Notes: generated by a model from the sequence alone, not told the origin. A stretch of 63,779 nt of DNA, filler included, from Octopus bimaculoides (GCF_001194135.2; 5 parts of 5 records of this genome joined end to end with filler, not necessarily neighbours in it), one strand, 5' to 3'; counted from the first letter of the whole stretch, positions 37,670 through 51,003 are shown. A program made the numbers and translations.

Positions 37670-39580
37670 AAAGCTGTCGTATTTGGATAATTTTAACAAA
37701 TCAACGACGTGTATTCAGCTGAAGAAACCTACTGCTGTTCGCGATAACAATCCAATGCGAAAACATTCTAGAGAAATAGGGGAGGAGAAAATAACCGTTG
37801 AAGACCTCCCTGCCATGGAAGAAGTTAAAAACTTCTGGAAAAATATCTGGAATGATGAAAAATACTTACAATGAAAATGTAAACTGGGTTAGACGCACAG
37901 AAGGATCCTACCAAAACTTACCAGAATAAGCATGGGAAGACATCACAATAGCAAGCCTAAGGATGGCACTCACGAAGGCTCACTGGTGGAAATCTCTTGG
38001 TAATGATAGGGTGCCAAATTTCTAGCTCGCCTCGCTCCCGTGCGCACACGAAAAGTTAGTCCAGTTATTCAATGAAATTATAAGAGTTCCTACGAAAACA
38101 CCCGATTGGTTTGCAAGAGGTATTACTTACCTATTCCCGAAGAATAATGAAACCAAATCTCCCCAAAACTATCGGCCCATAACATGTCTATAACCACGTA
38201 TAAAACTTTAACATCCATCCTCGTGGAGAAAACATACAAATTTATGGAACAGAATGATATTTTCCCTACTGGCAAAAAGGGTGCCAACGAGGCTCATATG
38301 GATGCAAAGACCAACTCCTAATCAATCGCATGATCCTTGAGAACTGACATAACAAACGCGGAAGTCTCACTTCTGCATGGATTGATTATAAAAAGGCCTT
38401 CGACAGCATACTGCATTCGTGGATCTTGAAATCGCTGGATATTTTCACAATTTCTCCTGTGATTTCGAACTTCCTGAAGCACATGTCAATGTGGAATACG
38501 AATCTCCAATTATACCACTCTAATGGAGTACTGACTACAAAGAATATTAATATCAGCTGCGGCATTTTCCAAGGTGACTCACTTTCACCTTTAATTTTCT
38601 GCATAGCCTTAATACTCCTTACAAGTGAATTTAACAGAACAGGGTATGGATATAAAATTGGCGACAAGAAAATAAGTCATTTTATATGGATGACTTAAAA
38701 CTCTATGACAAAGACGATAATGAACTTGAAGGACTAATACGTACTGTGAAAGTATTCATTGATGACATTGAGATGGAATTTGGTCTTCGTAAATGTGCCA
38801 AAGCCACTTTCCAGAAAGGGAAACTGAAGACCTCACATTCAGTGGTGTTGGATGTTGACACAATCATAAAAGAATTCGAGCAGGAACACACTTACAAAAC
38901 CTCGGAATAAATGAGGGCTCTGGCATTCAACTTGCAAGTATGAAAGAGATCATGAAGGAGTGTTACAGGAGAATTTGAACAGTCCTAACATCCGAGTTAA
39001 ATGCATGTAATAAGGTGTTAGCTATAAATTCCTTAACAGTTCTGGTTGTTATTTACAGTTTCAGTGTGTTGAACTGGAATATGAGCGAAATAAGGAAGAT
39101 TGACAGGAAAATCCGTAAGCTGCTGACTTGAAATAAGATACATCACCCAAACAGACGCAGATCGTCTTTACCTAGCCAGAGCTCAAGGAGATCGAGGCTT
39201 GATCCAATTTGAAATCTCTTACAAAAACACCATAATTGGACTGGCAAGAAATCTGGAAACATCAAACGACTGGGAACTAAAGCTCGTTGAAAACCATGAA
39301 AGACGTAAGAAGCTTCATTGTCTTATGAAGAAGAGCAAAAAATTTTCAAGTAAATTTATGCATAATACCCAGGTTGAACAGCACGAAGGAAGTGCACCAA
39401 CTGTAGTTGCACAGAAGGTGAAATCAATAACAAAGCAAAATGCGCTTGAACAATTTGATGACAGGTGGGAACAAAAACCTCTGCGTAGCAAATATGTGGC
39501 CCGTAGCAAACAAGCTGACGTAGACCAGAAGCTACGGAGCTCAGGGCTAAATGCAGAGAGTGAAGGCTTTATCTTGGCCT
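37670..39580 (+). mobile_element. R4/Dong-clade non-LTR retrotransposon, copy 1 (RT region, truncated at both ends, frameshifted)
   Basis: EEVKNFWKNIW; PQNYRPITC; KGCQRGSYGCKDQLLIN; AWIDYKKAFDSILHSW; GIFQGDSLSPLIFCIAL; YMDDLKLY; EFGLRKCA; GLNAESEGFILA. Confidence 0.92.
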
Positions 39581-42500
39581 CGATTTAAAAACTGGGTTAG
39601 ATAGGTCTCCTTAGTCACCTTGGTGACAACCTGTCTGTGGCCAACGGCTTCACCCTTGTTACGAAGGCGGATGGATCGTGACTCCGTAGCCAACTTCCAA
39701 GTAATGGTTAGACAAAGATACGAGACCGCCGGTGTCATCTTTTTCCCAATGAGAACATTGGACATGGTATAACTAGCAAGTGTCCATGGTCACCAGGACT
39801 TAGAAATGAGAATAGAAATAAATTCCAGCTTGCAGGTAGTAAGAGCTCTTCAGTCTTGGTTGACAATCTTTCTAAAGATTGTGTCTCAATAAAAATACGG
39901 TAGGTGGCAAACTTTCACAGCACAAACCAAACGTCAATATTGAGTGAAAATTTCCAATACAAGTGCATCGAATAACAGTGTGAATGAGTCTGAAACCAAC
40001 AGTGAAGGTCTTCGCTCGGCTGGTGCCCTGTGGTTTAGCAGTGTAGCCTTGTCGTCATCCAGAGACTGCCCATACTTAAAGTCAAAGGCAGTGAAAAAGA
40101 TTGGACAAGGGGACAGACCGAATTGTGATTGAATGCTGGATAAGAAGTGAATCCAGTAGAAGGGAATTCTGATGACGCATGAAATCAAAATGGGATGAAT
40201 TAAGACTCTCTGAGATAAATGAGCAACGGCTGGTCGATTAGGCAATAAGAACAAATGTATGGTTAATAGACATAGAAATTGAAGAGATAAAGAGGGAAAT
40301 AGAAAACTGATAATATTGCATCAGCAGATAGCGTGCCTATTGAAGACAGAGAAACGAATGGTGGCAGTGAAGATGCAGGCAAGATATAAATGCATTGTCA
40401 GCAGATGAAGCAGAAGTTATATTGCAAGGATACGATGATGATCAACAAGATGTAGTGAGGGTGATGTACCGATATACTAGAGAAAACCAGGATCAAACAC
40501 CTACCTATCTGAGATATATTGATAGATGCAAGCTAAAAGCAGAACCGAAAAAAAAAAAGTATTTGTTATTGAACTGTTTCGGAAGGGAATTATAATTGTA
40601 ATCAACAAGATCATTAGAGCTGCAGCAAAGATTGTCACGGAAAGAGTTGGATACAAAAGAAGAGAACAAACAATACGTAAAGAACCATATCGGTGAAGGC
40701 GAAATTGGGAGAAACGAAGTTAAAAAGACATTTGGGATAAGATATTAGGTTGAAAAAAGGAGAATTACGAAAGCGTAAGAATAAGGCTGGAAAGAACATG
40801 TAGTATAAAAGATAAAGGATATGATGTTGTATTGGAAGAATTGAAACAAAGAGTAGTGGTAATCAAGGCAAAATTGGAAAGCTATAATAATAGAACAAAA
40901 TAATTCAGGCAGAAAAGATTGTTTGAAGCCAATCAGAGAAAACTGTTTCAGGAATTAGAAGGGCAATTACACCTAACATTGGCACCTAGTATAGACGAAA
41001 GAAGAGTCTTGGAGTGGGAGCTGGAATTTGGGATCAACTTGTAGATAATGCGAAGTGGCTGCATAAAATCCAAGATAGATTAAGAAATATACAAGGTCAA
41101 GACAACATAAAAATAGATATAGAAACGATAAAAAGACAGATAAGAAAAATCCAGAGCCGGATGGTGTCAAATCTGAGAAGGCTTCTTCAGAAAAGGATAA
41201 CAACAGTTGGATAGATGCTTGGAAGAAGACTCAGTACCCAGTTGAATGACAAAAGAAAAGACCTTGTTATGTGTCAAGGAACTTGAAAAGGGTAACATTG
41301 TATCCAACTTTCATCCAATAACATGTCTTCCGCTGTGTAAACTACTGTCAGGTGTTTTGGCTGGTGAGTTGTTTGGATACTTAGAAAAATGGGAGCTGCT
41401 GCTGATTGAACTGAAAAGGTGTCGAAAGAGGAGCCAAGGAGGGAAATATCAGCAATTAGTTGACAAGCTAATCATTAAAAACTGTAAGAGAAGGCACACA
41501 AATTTGAGCATGCCATGGATTGATTAACATAAAGTATATATGATACAACAATCATAGGTAACAAGAACTATGGAAATATATAGAGTAGCAGAAAAAATGC
41601 AATGCCTTATATGGAACAATGTGAAATGTTGGAGAACTGAATTGACAACTAGGAATCAAGTATTAAGAGAAGTGAAAATTAGGAGAGAAATCTTCCGGTA
41701 AGATAGTATAATCACATTGAGCTTTGTGCTGGCAATGATTCCTTTGAATGAAATATTGTGGAAGACCAAAGTTGGGATATGAGCTGGGAAGTGAGATAGG
41801 AAAGCCTAATTATCTGTTATTTATGGATGATTTGAAGTTGATCACAAAAAAGCGAGGCAGAATTGGACAGCCTAGTTCATTCTGTGTGAATTTTCTCAAA
41901 TGATATCAAGATGGAGTTTGGACTTTCAAAATATGCTGTGATGGTGACGAGACGAGGAAAGTTTGTCAGAACAGAAGGTATGTGTATGCCAAGTAGTGAA
42001 ACAATGAAGGCAGTTGAACCTGAATCCAGATATAAATACCCGGGAATACCTGAGGCAGATGAAATTAAGGATGATGATATGAAAGAAAAGACATAGAAAG
42101 AGTATCTGCAGTGATTAAGAAAGGTATTGGATTCAAAGTTAAATGTCAGAAACATAATTTCGGCAATAAACTCGTGAGCAGTTGTAATAGTTCGGTATGG
42201 AGTTGGAATTCTGAAGTGGTCAGAGGATGAGTTAAAGGAGCTGTGCAGGTAGACAAGAATTCACGCACAGACATTTATCGTCTATATACAAGGAGAGCAA
42301 ATGGAGGAAAGGGGACTGATAAGTGTGAATATTGAACATGGGAACTTGTTGAGATATCTAATCCAAAGTGAGGAATCCTTGCTAGTGGCAGAGACGAGGG
42401 CATATAGAAAGCAGGAACAAAACAATAAATACAAGAAGGATATGAAAAAGAACTACCCAAAAAGGGACTACAAGATCAATTCCAAGTAGTCACAACTGAA

Positions 42501-42935
42501 ACTGCAGGAGAATATAGGTCGAAATTGGTTAAAGAAAGGAACATTTAAAAAGTAGACTAAGAGCACTAGACTTGCAGCACAAGACCAAGCTTTGATCACA
42601 AATTGGAGAGTCAACCTTAAGTGTCTCCACTGTGCCGAATCTGTGACAGAGTTGATGAAACCATTTCCTATATTGTAAATGGATGCCCTCAACTTACCCA
42701 AAACCAATATAAGCTATGGCGACATGAGGAGGTAGCTGTATTGGAAACTCTGTGAAAAGTGGGGGCAAGAAATGGTAAGGGAGCAAGAAATGGAAAAGTG
42801 GAGGCAAGAAATGGTACTAAAGCAAACCGCAGAGAATGGTCGAGTCTGAGACTTGCAAAATCCTGTGGAATTTCTCAATCCAAACGGACCAGATGCTTAA
42901 ACACAACAAACCAGACCTAATGATGGTAGACAAGT
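39580..42935 (+). mobile_element. R4/Dong-clade LINE, copy 2 (near full length from 5' region to RLE domain, heavily degenerate)
   Basis: N-terminal EQRLVD*AIRTN..IEIEEIKREI; NFHPITCLPL; FMDDLKL; EFGLSKYA; zinc-finger region C..C...ISYIVNGCPQL...RH; RLE KILWNFSIQTDQMLKHNKPDLMMVDK. The 5' boundary is approximate. Confidence 0.85.
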
Positions 42936-42947
42936 TAATAATAATAA

Positions 42948-45900
42948 TTCTTTCTTTATTGGCCACAAGGGTCGCATACAACAAAAGGATGATACAACAC
43001 AAAGGACAGTGGGTGTTTACATGTAGCACATGTAAACAGTAAAAAAAAACAATGACAGTTAACAATAAAATCCCTTACAAGTTGGAAATTTTATTATTTA
43101 ATAAAAGGGCACTTCAAGCAGGTACCCCTCTCTTCATTGCCTCCAGCCTACAATCGCATGTTGAGAGTAGGCTCCTTTATAGGGGTCATCCTCGCCAAGT
43201 TCATCCACCTTTCAACAGTCCTTTCAATTTCGTCCACCACACACTACCTCTTCTGCCACCAGAGAAATAAGGCGGTGGGGCGATCCTCACGATAAACACG
43301 ATCGACAGCCGGATCCACCCTACACACAACTGTTCGACAGAGTTCTACAACTCAGCAATGTCCGGACACCGGACGATACATGCAAAACAGTTTCGTCAAG
43401 TCCGTTTGGCAGCACTTCTGTGCCTGTAGAGCTTACCTCGAACCGGTAGAGCATTCCGGTAGCAATGTAAGGTCAGGGATTTCTAGAAATTATCCATAGG
43501 CTCCGCTCCCAAAGTCCTCTGGAAAAGCCAATTGATCTTCCTCGACGCCTAGAACATTACCGAGGACGTCGTCGCTCTTGCCTGCCATTAACCCCTATAG
43601 GACTCCACGGTGGAACTTTCACTGACTGCATTACCCGACTGTCAGAGGGCTGTGCCAAGCACCCTGTCTCGGTTTACGCTTGATCCAGGACTGCAGCTCC
43701 GTCAATGAGAGGAGCTGTGGAAATTCCTGTTTGACAAACGGTTACCACACCGCCAAGGAATCGCTGGAGATGTAGCAGCCTCAGCACATGTTTACGAATC
43801 ATTAGCCACGGCATACCCAGATCTCCTTGCAGTAGCTACTGATAGCAAATGGACCGTCTGACATAGCAGAAGAGTAAGTGCTTCAGCTTGATCAGCAACG
43901 AAGACGGGCAATGGATGACGGTCAGGCAGTAGTAGATGACGAAGGAAATGCACGCGTTTGCCACCACCGCCTGACCTTTCAGGAATAGTTTCCATTCGCT
44001 CCATTTCACGGTAAGACTGGCTACCCTGCTCGTCACTTCCCCATAGTTCTTGTCCATCTGGGGGTCCGGACCAAACTAGATCCCAAGCAATTTAATTGGT
44101 CACTCCGCATCCCTCACGATGCTGTCAGGCGGCATGGACCTGCCTTTCCAGGCGCCGAGCTGCAGGCTACTAACTTCTCCTGGTTAATCTTTGCTCCTGT
44201 CACCGCTTCGTACTCCCTTAGAGTTATGCTCATCACCGAGATGTTCAACACGGTGGCGTCGTCCGCATAAGCTGAAACGCATCTTCTGTGATCTAGTTTA
44301 CGCGGGATGCGCCTCGAAGGAGAGTCGGCACATACGGAAGAGCAAGAGCGGGCATCATTGACGGACCGAATGTGCGATGCTAAACGACTATGATAGGTGG
44401 ACATTTACTTTGACAACCGACCAGATATAGCTGTACATTGTGGCAATCCAGGTTCTGAAAACGGGTCCGAAATCAGCATCAAGTACTGCTGGTAGATCCA
44501 GTCAATAACTTTCGGTTGATCCAAATTGATCAGGGCCCCACCTAAACCAGGTTCCTTACCTACTCTCTCGATGATGTAACACTCGAAGGGGTGTTTGTCG
44601 TAAATAGATCCGTTTGGGATAACGCATGTTTGTGCATCACCGATCAGTCTATCTACGACAAGCACCAACCCATTGGCTAACGTCTTGGCCAAGACCGTGT
44701 AATCTGCGTTTCGTTGGGTCACGGTCCTAAAACTATCGATATGGACTCCCTTGTTCGTGTTCTTTCTCAGAAGCATCACTACTCCTCGGTTCAGAGCACT
44801 GGGAATTCTCCCGTTCTGCTGCCTGCTGCGGAAGACATCTGCAATGGGATCACCAAACAAGTTTGGCGCATGAAGATAAAGCTCGAAGGTCAGGCCATCC
44901 AATCTCGGACACTTCTGCAACTAGTCATCACGTCACGTATGTCTTTATCTGTTATCAACATTTCGCAGAAGTCCGCATCCCTAGTCGAAAGCCGCAGCAG
45001 ACTGCCGGGGTAGGAGGTGAAATCTACCCCCGTACAGTTCATCAAAGCGCCGTTGAAATTCCGCACTCATCTACTTAGGCTTGAGTAACAAGAGCCCGGT
45101 CCGGCTCGTCCCGGTCCGTCAAAGACTGAATTGTAGCTTTGTTGTCACATTGCACCTTTGACACCTGGACCCATCAAACAGCTTTCATTTCATCGTGTCT
45201 TAGAGCGCGTGCCCTAGCTCTGAGAATGCAAACTTCGTGCTTGACATCGAAAACTTGGTCAAGAGCCAATCTCGCCGCCAGCAGGTCGGTCGTTATGCTT
45301 CCAAACTAGGTCTTCCTCTAACATAGACTTCCCTGTGGCTATCTCTGTACTAAACCCTAATGCCTCTGGTATGATAGCCCTTTTAAGGCCATCCATCATC
45401 TATTGATGACGATTGTACCCGATAACTTCCAATGGACTAACTTGCTAACCCAGTCTCTGAAATTTTGACACGCGAGAAAGACCCGGTCAGCACAGTGTCC
45501 AGGGTCCTGACTATAGAGCGTATCTAGGTCGAACATAGCAACCACAAATTTGTGGTCTGTATAACCGACGAACTTGAATTGTGGACTACTTACGCTACTT
45601 CTAACTACTGGTCTAGAAAATACGCTGTCTAGATACGATCTGGATCATTCGATGCTATTTGCTCAAGTCCAATTGGTATATTGAGAAATCCAGTCGGTAC
45701 ATATCAGTCAATAGAAAGCGACTAAGCAGGTTTGTGAAGCTTTTACACCCACCTCTCTTATCAATTAACAGCACACAGTCCAGATGTGCTTCGAAGAGGA
45801 CATTCCACTCGCCCACTAGTACTAGAGAACAAGACACTCTAAGAAAAATCTCCAAATGTCAGAAGAAATCTGGCCAGCCCAGTCGGAGCGTACACAGTCA

Positions 45901-46784
45901 CTCGTCTAAAAGCACTACCGTCGCTGCAATTCGCGTCCAGTACCACCACAAAGTTACCTTCTGGGTCCAAGAAGATCGACCGCATTACGAGGCCTAGACC
46001 TTTCAGGAGCAGAACCACCACTCCGCGTCTTCCCGCCCCCATTCCAGATTGAGTACGAGATGCGAAAATCTCAAAATTACCAAAAATGGAATCAAAGGCG
46101 CGTGTCGGAAATCCTGGTTTCTCTGACGGCTATCACATCAAAATCTAGCGACCTGAGGCCATTGAGCAGGCGACCTTGCTTCTATGGCGATCCAGGCCAT
46201 GTGCATTTATACTGCCCACTCTTAAGATCGTCATTTTAGCCAGAAAGAAGAAAAGAAGGAAAGAGGTAACTTACCTTAAAGTTTTTCTAGAAGGCACTCG
46301 TATGTGTGAAAATTTGTTTTTTGTATGGGGTTCCTTGGGGAAACTCTTTAGATCCCCACCTCGTTACCTGATGTATTGCCAGAAGACTCCGCCTCGGACG
46401 AAGGTTTGTTGTTTGTTCCTTCTCGAGCCATACCTGGCTCATCAGGACCGATTTCCCGGTTTCATTGGTGTATAGGTTCTCCACCTGAACGGGACGCCGG
46501 TCTGTCGCATGTGAGCTGCTAGATGCAGGAGGAAAGAGTGAAAGTTGTGGCGAAAAAGTCAGCAGAAGTTTGCCATTACCTTCTGCAGGAGCCGCGTGGA
46601 GCTCAGGTGTTTCGCTCATAAACACACACATCGCCCGGTCTGAGATTCGAACCCGCGATCTCTCGACCGCGAGTCCGCTGCTCGAACCACTAGGCCATGT
46701 ACTTCCACTCGGACGAGGGTACGGGTATGTTTTCTCCTGTGATTATATCTGTGATTTTTCTAGTAGGTGGGGGTAAGCCAGGAC

Positions 46785-46876
<92 letters not shown>

Positions 46877-47960
46877 ATTAGGATGTCCCCTGCGTGGTGA
46901 TTATTTCTTAATTGTTAATATTCTCCGCTGCATTAGTTGCTACTACGAACAGAGTTGATGTTGATATCGGTGTTACTGCTGTCATTGCGGTTGTGAATGT
47001 TGTTGATTTTTCTGTTGCTGATGATGTTGTTGATGATGTTGGTCCAGATTTCATTACCCTCCCTCTCTGTTTTTTCCGTGCTACTACAGTTGGTACTGCT
47101 TCTGTTGTTCCACAATCCTGCTGATGTTGTTGCGATGATTGTGCTAGCAGGAGTGGGGTTCTCTTTTCTCTTGTCTTTTTGTGATTGTTGGGGTAGAATG
47201 CCCTGAGGTGATCGCTGCCCCAACACACTTGGAATCTTTATTTTCTACCCTCCACAAGCAAATGCAACTCCATTCCATTTTCAGGGAGATCGCACTTGAA
47301 ATTCCTTTCAGATACTCCAGTTTGATATGGAGGAATATCCCTAAATAGATGCTAGAAAAGATCCCCCGTTCTGTCCACTGAACATCCAGTAGTTTGTCAC
47401 TACCCTCAAAGGTCACACAGGATACCAGCCTCCACAAATCGTACTCCGGTGGGACACCTGGAATTTTTACTCGGGCCGTTCTTCGACCAAGTACGTGGGG
47501 GTACAAAGTAATATCCTCGCTCATCCTCACAGAGATGCACCAGTAACATATTGTTCTTTTTTAAATATCATTTAAGAATTCTTGCTGGGGTTCTACTGAC
47601 GCTTTCCTCCCGATAATCTTTCTATAACGAGCTGCCTCCTCTGACTTTCTCTGCTTGTCTTCATGGATGAGTTGAATTAGTTCCCTTTGCTTTGCCACAC
47701 CCACTTTGGCGGTGGTAGTAGTGCTGCTGCTACTGTTGCCGCCATCACCAACAAGCTTGCACACACTTCACAGTTGAGTGAGTGAAGGAAGGGGAGGGAA
47801 GTTTTCGGTTGTAAGAGGGTTGGTGGGAGGAAGAATTTTCCCCTTCAATGTCTCATTGGTGGGCGTGTTCCTTGTTGACAGGGCTATCTTGAATATGGAT
47901 TTTTTCCCTCTAAACGGTACCCGGGCACTTTTTTTAGGCAAATGTGTCTCCTAAAGGATA
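42948..47960 (-). mobile_element. Near-full-length L1-clade (Tx1-like) LINE, degenerate
   Basis: ORF1 remnants at about 47930-46290 (ENFPPLPS; knuckle remnant CWGSDHLRAF). ORF2 46234-43148: APE MTILRVGSINAHGL, VYAPTG, VLVGEWN, GYTDHK; RT KCPRLDGLTFELY, NADYTVLAKTLA, SAYADD. 3' tail AATAAAGAAAGAA-(TTA)4. Confidence 0.9.
46581..46708 (-). mobile_element. SINE S3 inserted in L1 ORF1
   Basis: TGGCCTAGTGG (A box)...GGTTCGAATCTC (B box); next to (AG)n at 46787-46871. Confidence 0.88.
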
Positions 47961-48420
47961 AAAACAACAAAATACCAGCCAAAAGTAGTGATCTTAATGA
48001 TAAAAGTCAAGAGAAATTGTAAACAAACAGATACTAAACAGATGAAGACAAAGATTTTAACAGAGACTTATAATGCATGGTCAAAAATATGTCCGAACTA
48101 TTCCACAGCGAATAATAATGAGATAACCTTGATCGCCAACTTAATGAGGAGATTGTGTTGGAACACAAAATACCGCGTTATTTACTTTCAGAGAATCTCT
48201 CATAAGGACTCGAGGTGCATAAAAACACTCGAAATTATATGGTTGACAGATGAGAATCGTCTGCCACGGTCGCCGGAACCGCCAGATCGCGTGATTTCAC
48301 TCTGCTATGTGTGTCTCAGTGACAGATGTACATCAGCGCGATAACAACTGAATCTCCCGTCAACGATATATAGAATTTCAGTGTCTATTCAGGCATTGGT
48401 GTCACAAATAGCCAGTGGGA

Positions 48421-48627
48421 TTATTAAAAATAACTAATAGCGACAGAAGTTGTATTAATGCCAAAAGATAATCTTGATCTCCAACTTAACGCGGAGGTTG
48501 TTAGGACACAAAATACTGCGTTATTTACCTTTAGAGAATCTCCCATAAGGACTCGTGTTAAGCTGGAGATCAAGATTACCTTTTTGTATAAATACTGCTT
48601 CAGTCGCTATTATTTATCATTTAATAA
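48421..48627. repeat. Foldback element with ~73-bp imperfect arms; partial direct copy at about 48115-48215
   Basis: 48421-48493 is the reverse complement of 48554-48627 (e.g. GATAATCTTGATCTCCAACTTAAC / GTTAAGCTGGAGATCAAGATTACC). Confidence 0.8.
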
Positions 48628-48629
48628 TA

Positions 48630-48770
48630 AATAATGGTTTCAAATTTAGGCGCATGGCCAGCAGTTTCGTGGGAGGGGTTTAGTTGATTTGATCGACACC
48701 AGTTCTCAACTGGTACTTGTTTATCGTCCCCAAAAGAATGAAAGATAAAGTCGACAACTACATAGGTACC
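48630..48770 (-). mobile_element. Degenerate SINE S1 3' part
   Basis: TTTCAAATTTAGGCGCATGGCCAGC...ACTGGTACTTGTTTATCG...AAAGTCGAC. Confidence 0.7.
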
Positions 48771-49046
48771 TTCAGGTTATGACCATCTCAAATTTCTTGC
48801 TTATGGAACTTATCAAAAGCGAAGAAAGTCCGCTAATTTCAGGATACGGTGTGTAATTTCGCCCATACGAAAACGCATATATATTGTAACATTATTTTTT
48901 TAGAAAAAAAAACAAACAAAACAAAAAACAAAAACAAAACTACACTTTCTTCTTAGCCAAAAGGCTGCTTCTCTGCTTTCTAGCGAAAATTAGAGTATAG
49001 TAAACAATTTGAAAAAAAAAAAAAAGAAACTATAATTATACATATA

Positions 49047-49642
49047 CAGAGTGACCCCCAAAATGTATACACACTGTATCAGCTGATAATTCAATTTCCA
49101 TTTCCTTTTAGTTAATTAGAAATAACAGAGGGAGCCAGACTACGCTTTGAACAGAGAGAATTAGTCGTAAAGTGCTGATGGAAGTTTGAAAAAGCAGTCG
49201 AAGTGCAAAGGTATTTTAGGAGGGAGTTTCAAACAGATCCACAAACGCGACATAATCACTGGAATTAGAGATAAATTTGAAGCTGATGGAACTGTTCAGG
49301 ATGTCCACAAGAAACGTTCCGCCAGACTGTGGACATCAACGAGCCCAAATAAAGCAAAAAAGTGTACTAGATACATAGAGGCAGAGTTCGAGTAAATCAG
49401 TGAAGCAAGCAAGCCATGAGAAAGGAATTCCGAAATCAAGCGTTCATCGCATTTTGAAACGCTGTCATTGGAAAAGTTACATTCCAATAGTCCATGCTCT
49501 CAATGAAAATGATGCGGGCCAAAAAGTGAAGCTTTGCGAGTGGCACTTGGCAAGATGTGTAGGAGATGCATACTTTTCAACAAAGATAGTTTGGAGTGTT
49601 GAGGCTAAATTGAATTAAATGGCTCAGTTAACTGCTACACTT
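49047..49642 (+). mobile_element. Tc1/mariner-superfamily (maT/rosa-like) transposase 5' fragment
   Basis: TA|CAGAGTGACCCCC TIR-like start; [37 protein letters not shown]...NGSVN (degenerate first-Asp WSDEA motif). Confidence 0.8.
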
Positions 49643-50075
49643 GTTAGTTTCTTGCCAGATGTATTCTGGGATATTTAATACCAGAGGTGGAATTTGCAAG
49701 TGTGTTGAAATGGCAGTTTAGTTTTTTCATCTTTCTGTTTATCATACTCGTTGTTGTTGTTTCCATTTTCATTGATGTTGGTGCTGTTTCGGTCAGCACT
49801 GGTGATGCTAGCTGCTTTTGTCTAATATGGAAAAGGCAGCGTGACCTCACTTCCCCGACTATCCGCCGAATAATTCGACGCCATTTTTTTTTTATGTTTG
49901 AAAGAAATGAAACAAATTCCACCCTGAAGGACAACAATACAAAGCTATGGAGCTCCTCAAAACCTTTGGGACTTTACATAACCTACAGAGCACAATTTTG
50001 AACATAGAAAGACAGTTTTAACAAAACTTACGAACAAATCGAAACGATATGTCGCTGCCTTCACCATCACCCCGC

Positions 50076-50575
50076 TTATTTTATCGACCCTGAAAACATG
50101 AAAGGCTGAGTTAACCTCAGCGGAATTTGAACTCGGAATGTAAAGACGGTATTAGTCCGGCGTGCTAAAGATTCTGCCAGCCGCCACCTTAACAACAACA
50201 CTAATAATGATTTCAAATTTTGGCACAAAGCTAGCAATTTCGGTGGAGGGGTTAGTCGATTACATCGATCCCAGTGTCCAACGGCTACTTTTTTTATCCA
50301 TCCTAAAAGGATGAAAAGCAAAGTCGACCTCGGTGGAATTTGAACTCAGAATGTAAGGACAGACGACATGCCGCTTCGCATATTGCTGGGCGTGCTAACG
50401 ATTCTGCCAGCTCACTGCCTTCTAACAGAAGAAAAGGAAAAAAATCCTTTCTAATAAAGGCATAAGGCCTGAAATTTTTGGGGAGGAGACTACTCGATTA
50501 CATCGACCCCAGTGTTTCGCTGGTACTTAATTTATCGACCCCGAAAGGATGAAAATCAAAGTCGACCTCGGTGGA
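50076..50575 (-). mobile_element. Three tandem SINE S1 copies (50076-50188, 50209-50419, 50445-50575)
   Basis: GGATGAAA..AAAGTCGACCTCGGTGGA / ATTTGAACTC bodies repeated three times; the last is cut by the linker. Confidence 0.88.
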
Positions 50576-50675
50576 NNNNNNNNNNNNNNNNNNNNNNNNN
50601 NNNNNNNNNNNNNNNNNNNTTAATTAATTAANNNNNNNNNNNNNNNNNNNNNNNNNNNNNNNNNNNNNNNNNNNN

Positions 50676-50913
50676 GATATTCAGCGTGACACAGTGTGAG
50701 AAGGCTTGCCCTTTGAATTACGGGCACAACAGAAACAGGAAGTAAGAGTGAAAGAAAGTTGTGGTGAAAGAGTACAGCAGGGTTCGCCACCATCCCCTGT
50801 CGGAGCCTCGTGGGGCTTCAGGTGTTTTCACTCAATAAACACTCACAACGCCCGGTCTGGGAAACAAAACCGCGATCCTATAATTGCGAGTCCGCTGCCC
50901 TAACCACTGCGCC
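50676..50913 (-). mobile_element. SINE S3, longest copy
   Basis: GGCGCAGTGGTTAGGGCAGCGGACTCGC...CCCAGACCGGGCGTTGTGAGTGTTTATTGAG on the minus strand. Confidence 0.88.
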
Positions 50914-51003
50914 TCCACACATACATACATACATACATACATACATACATACATACATACATACATAGAAGCATACATACATTCATACATAAATACGTAC
51001 GTA

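Noticed and set aside
46625-46708. Functional tRNA gene
   Set aside because: It has A/B boxes but no complete acceptor stem, and continues into SINE body sequence found at 15696 and 50676.
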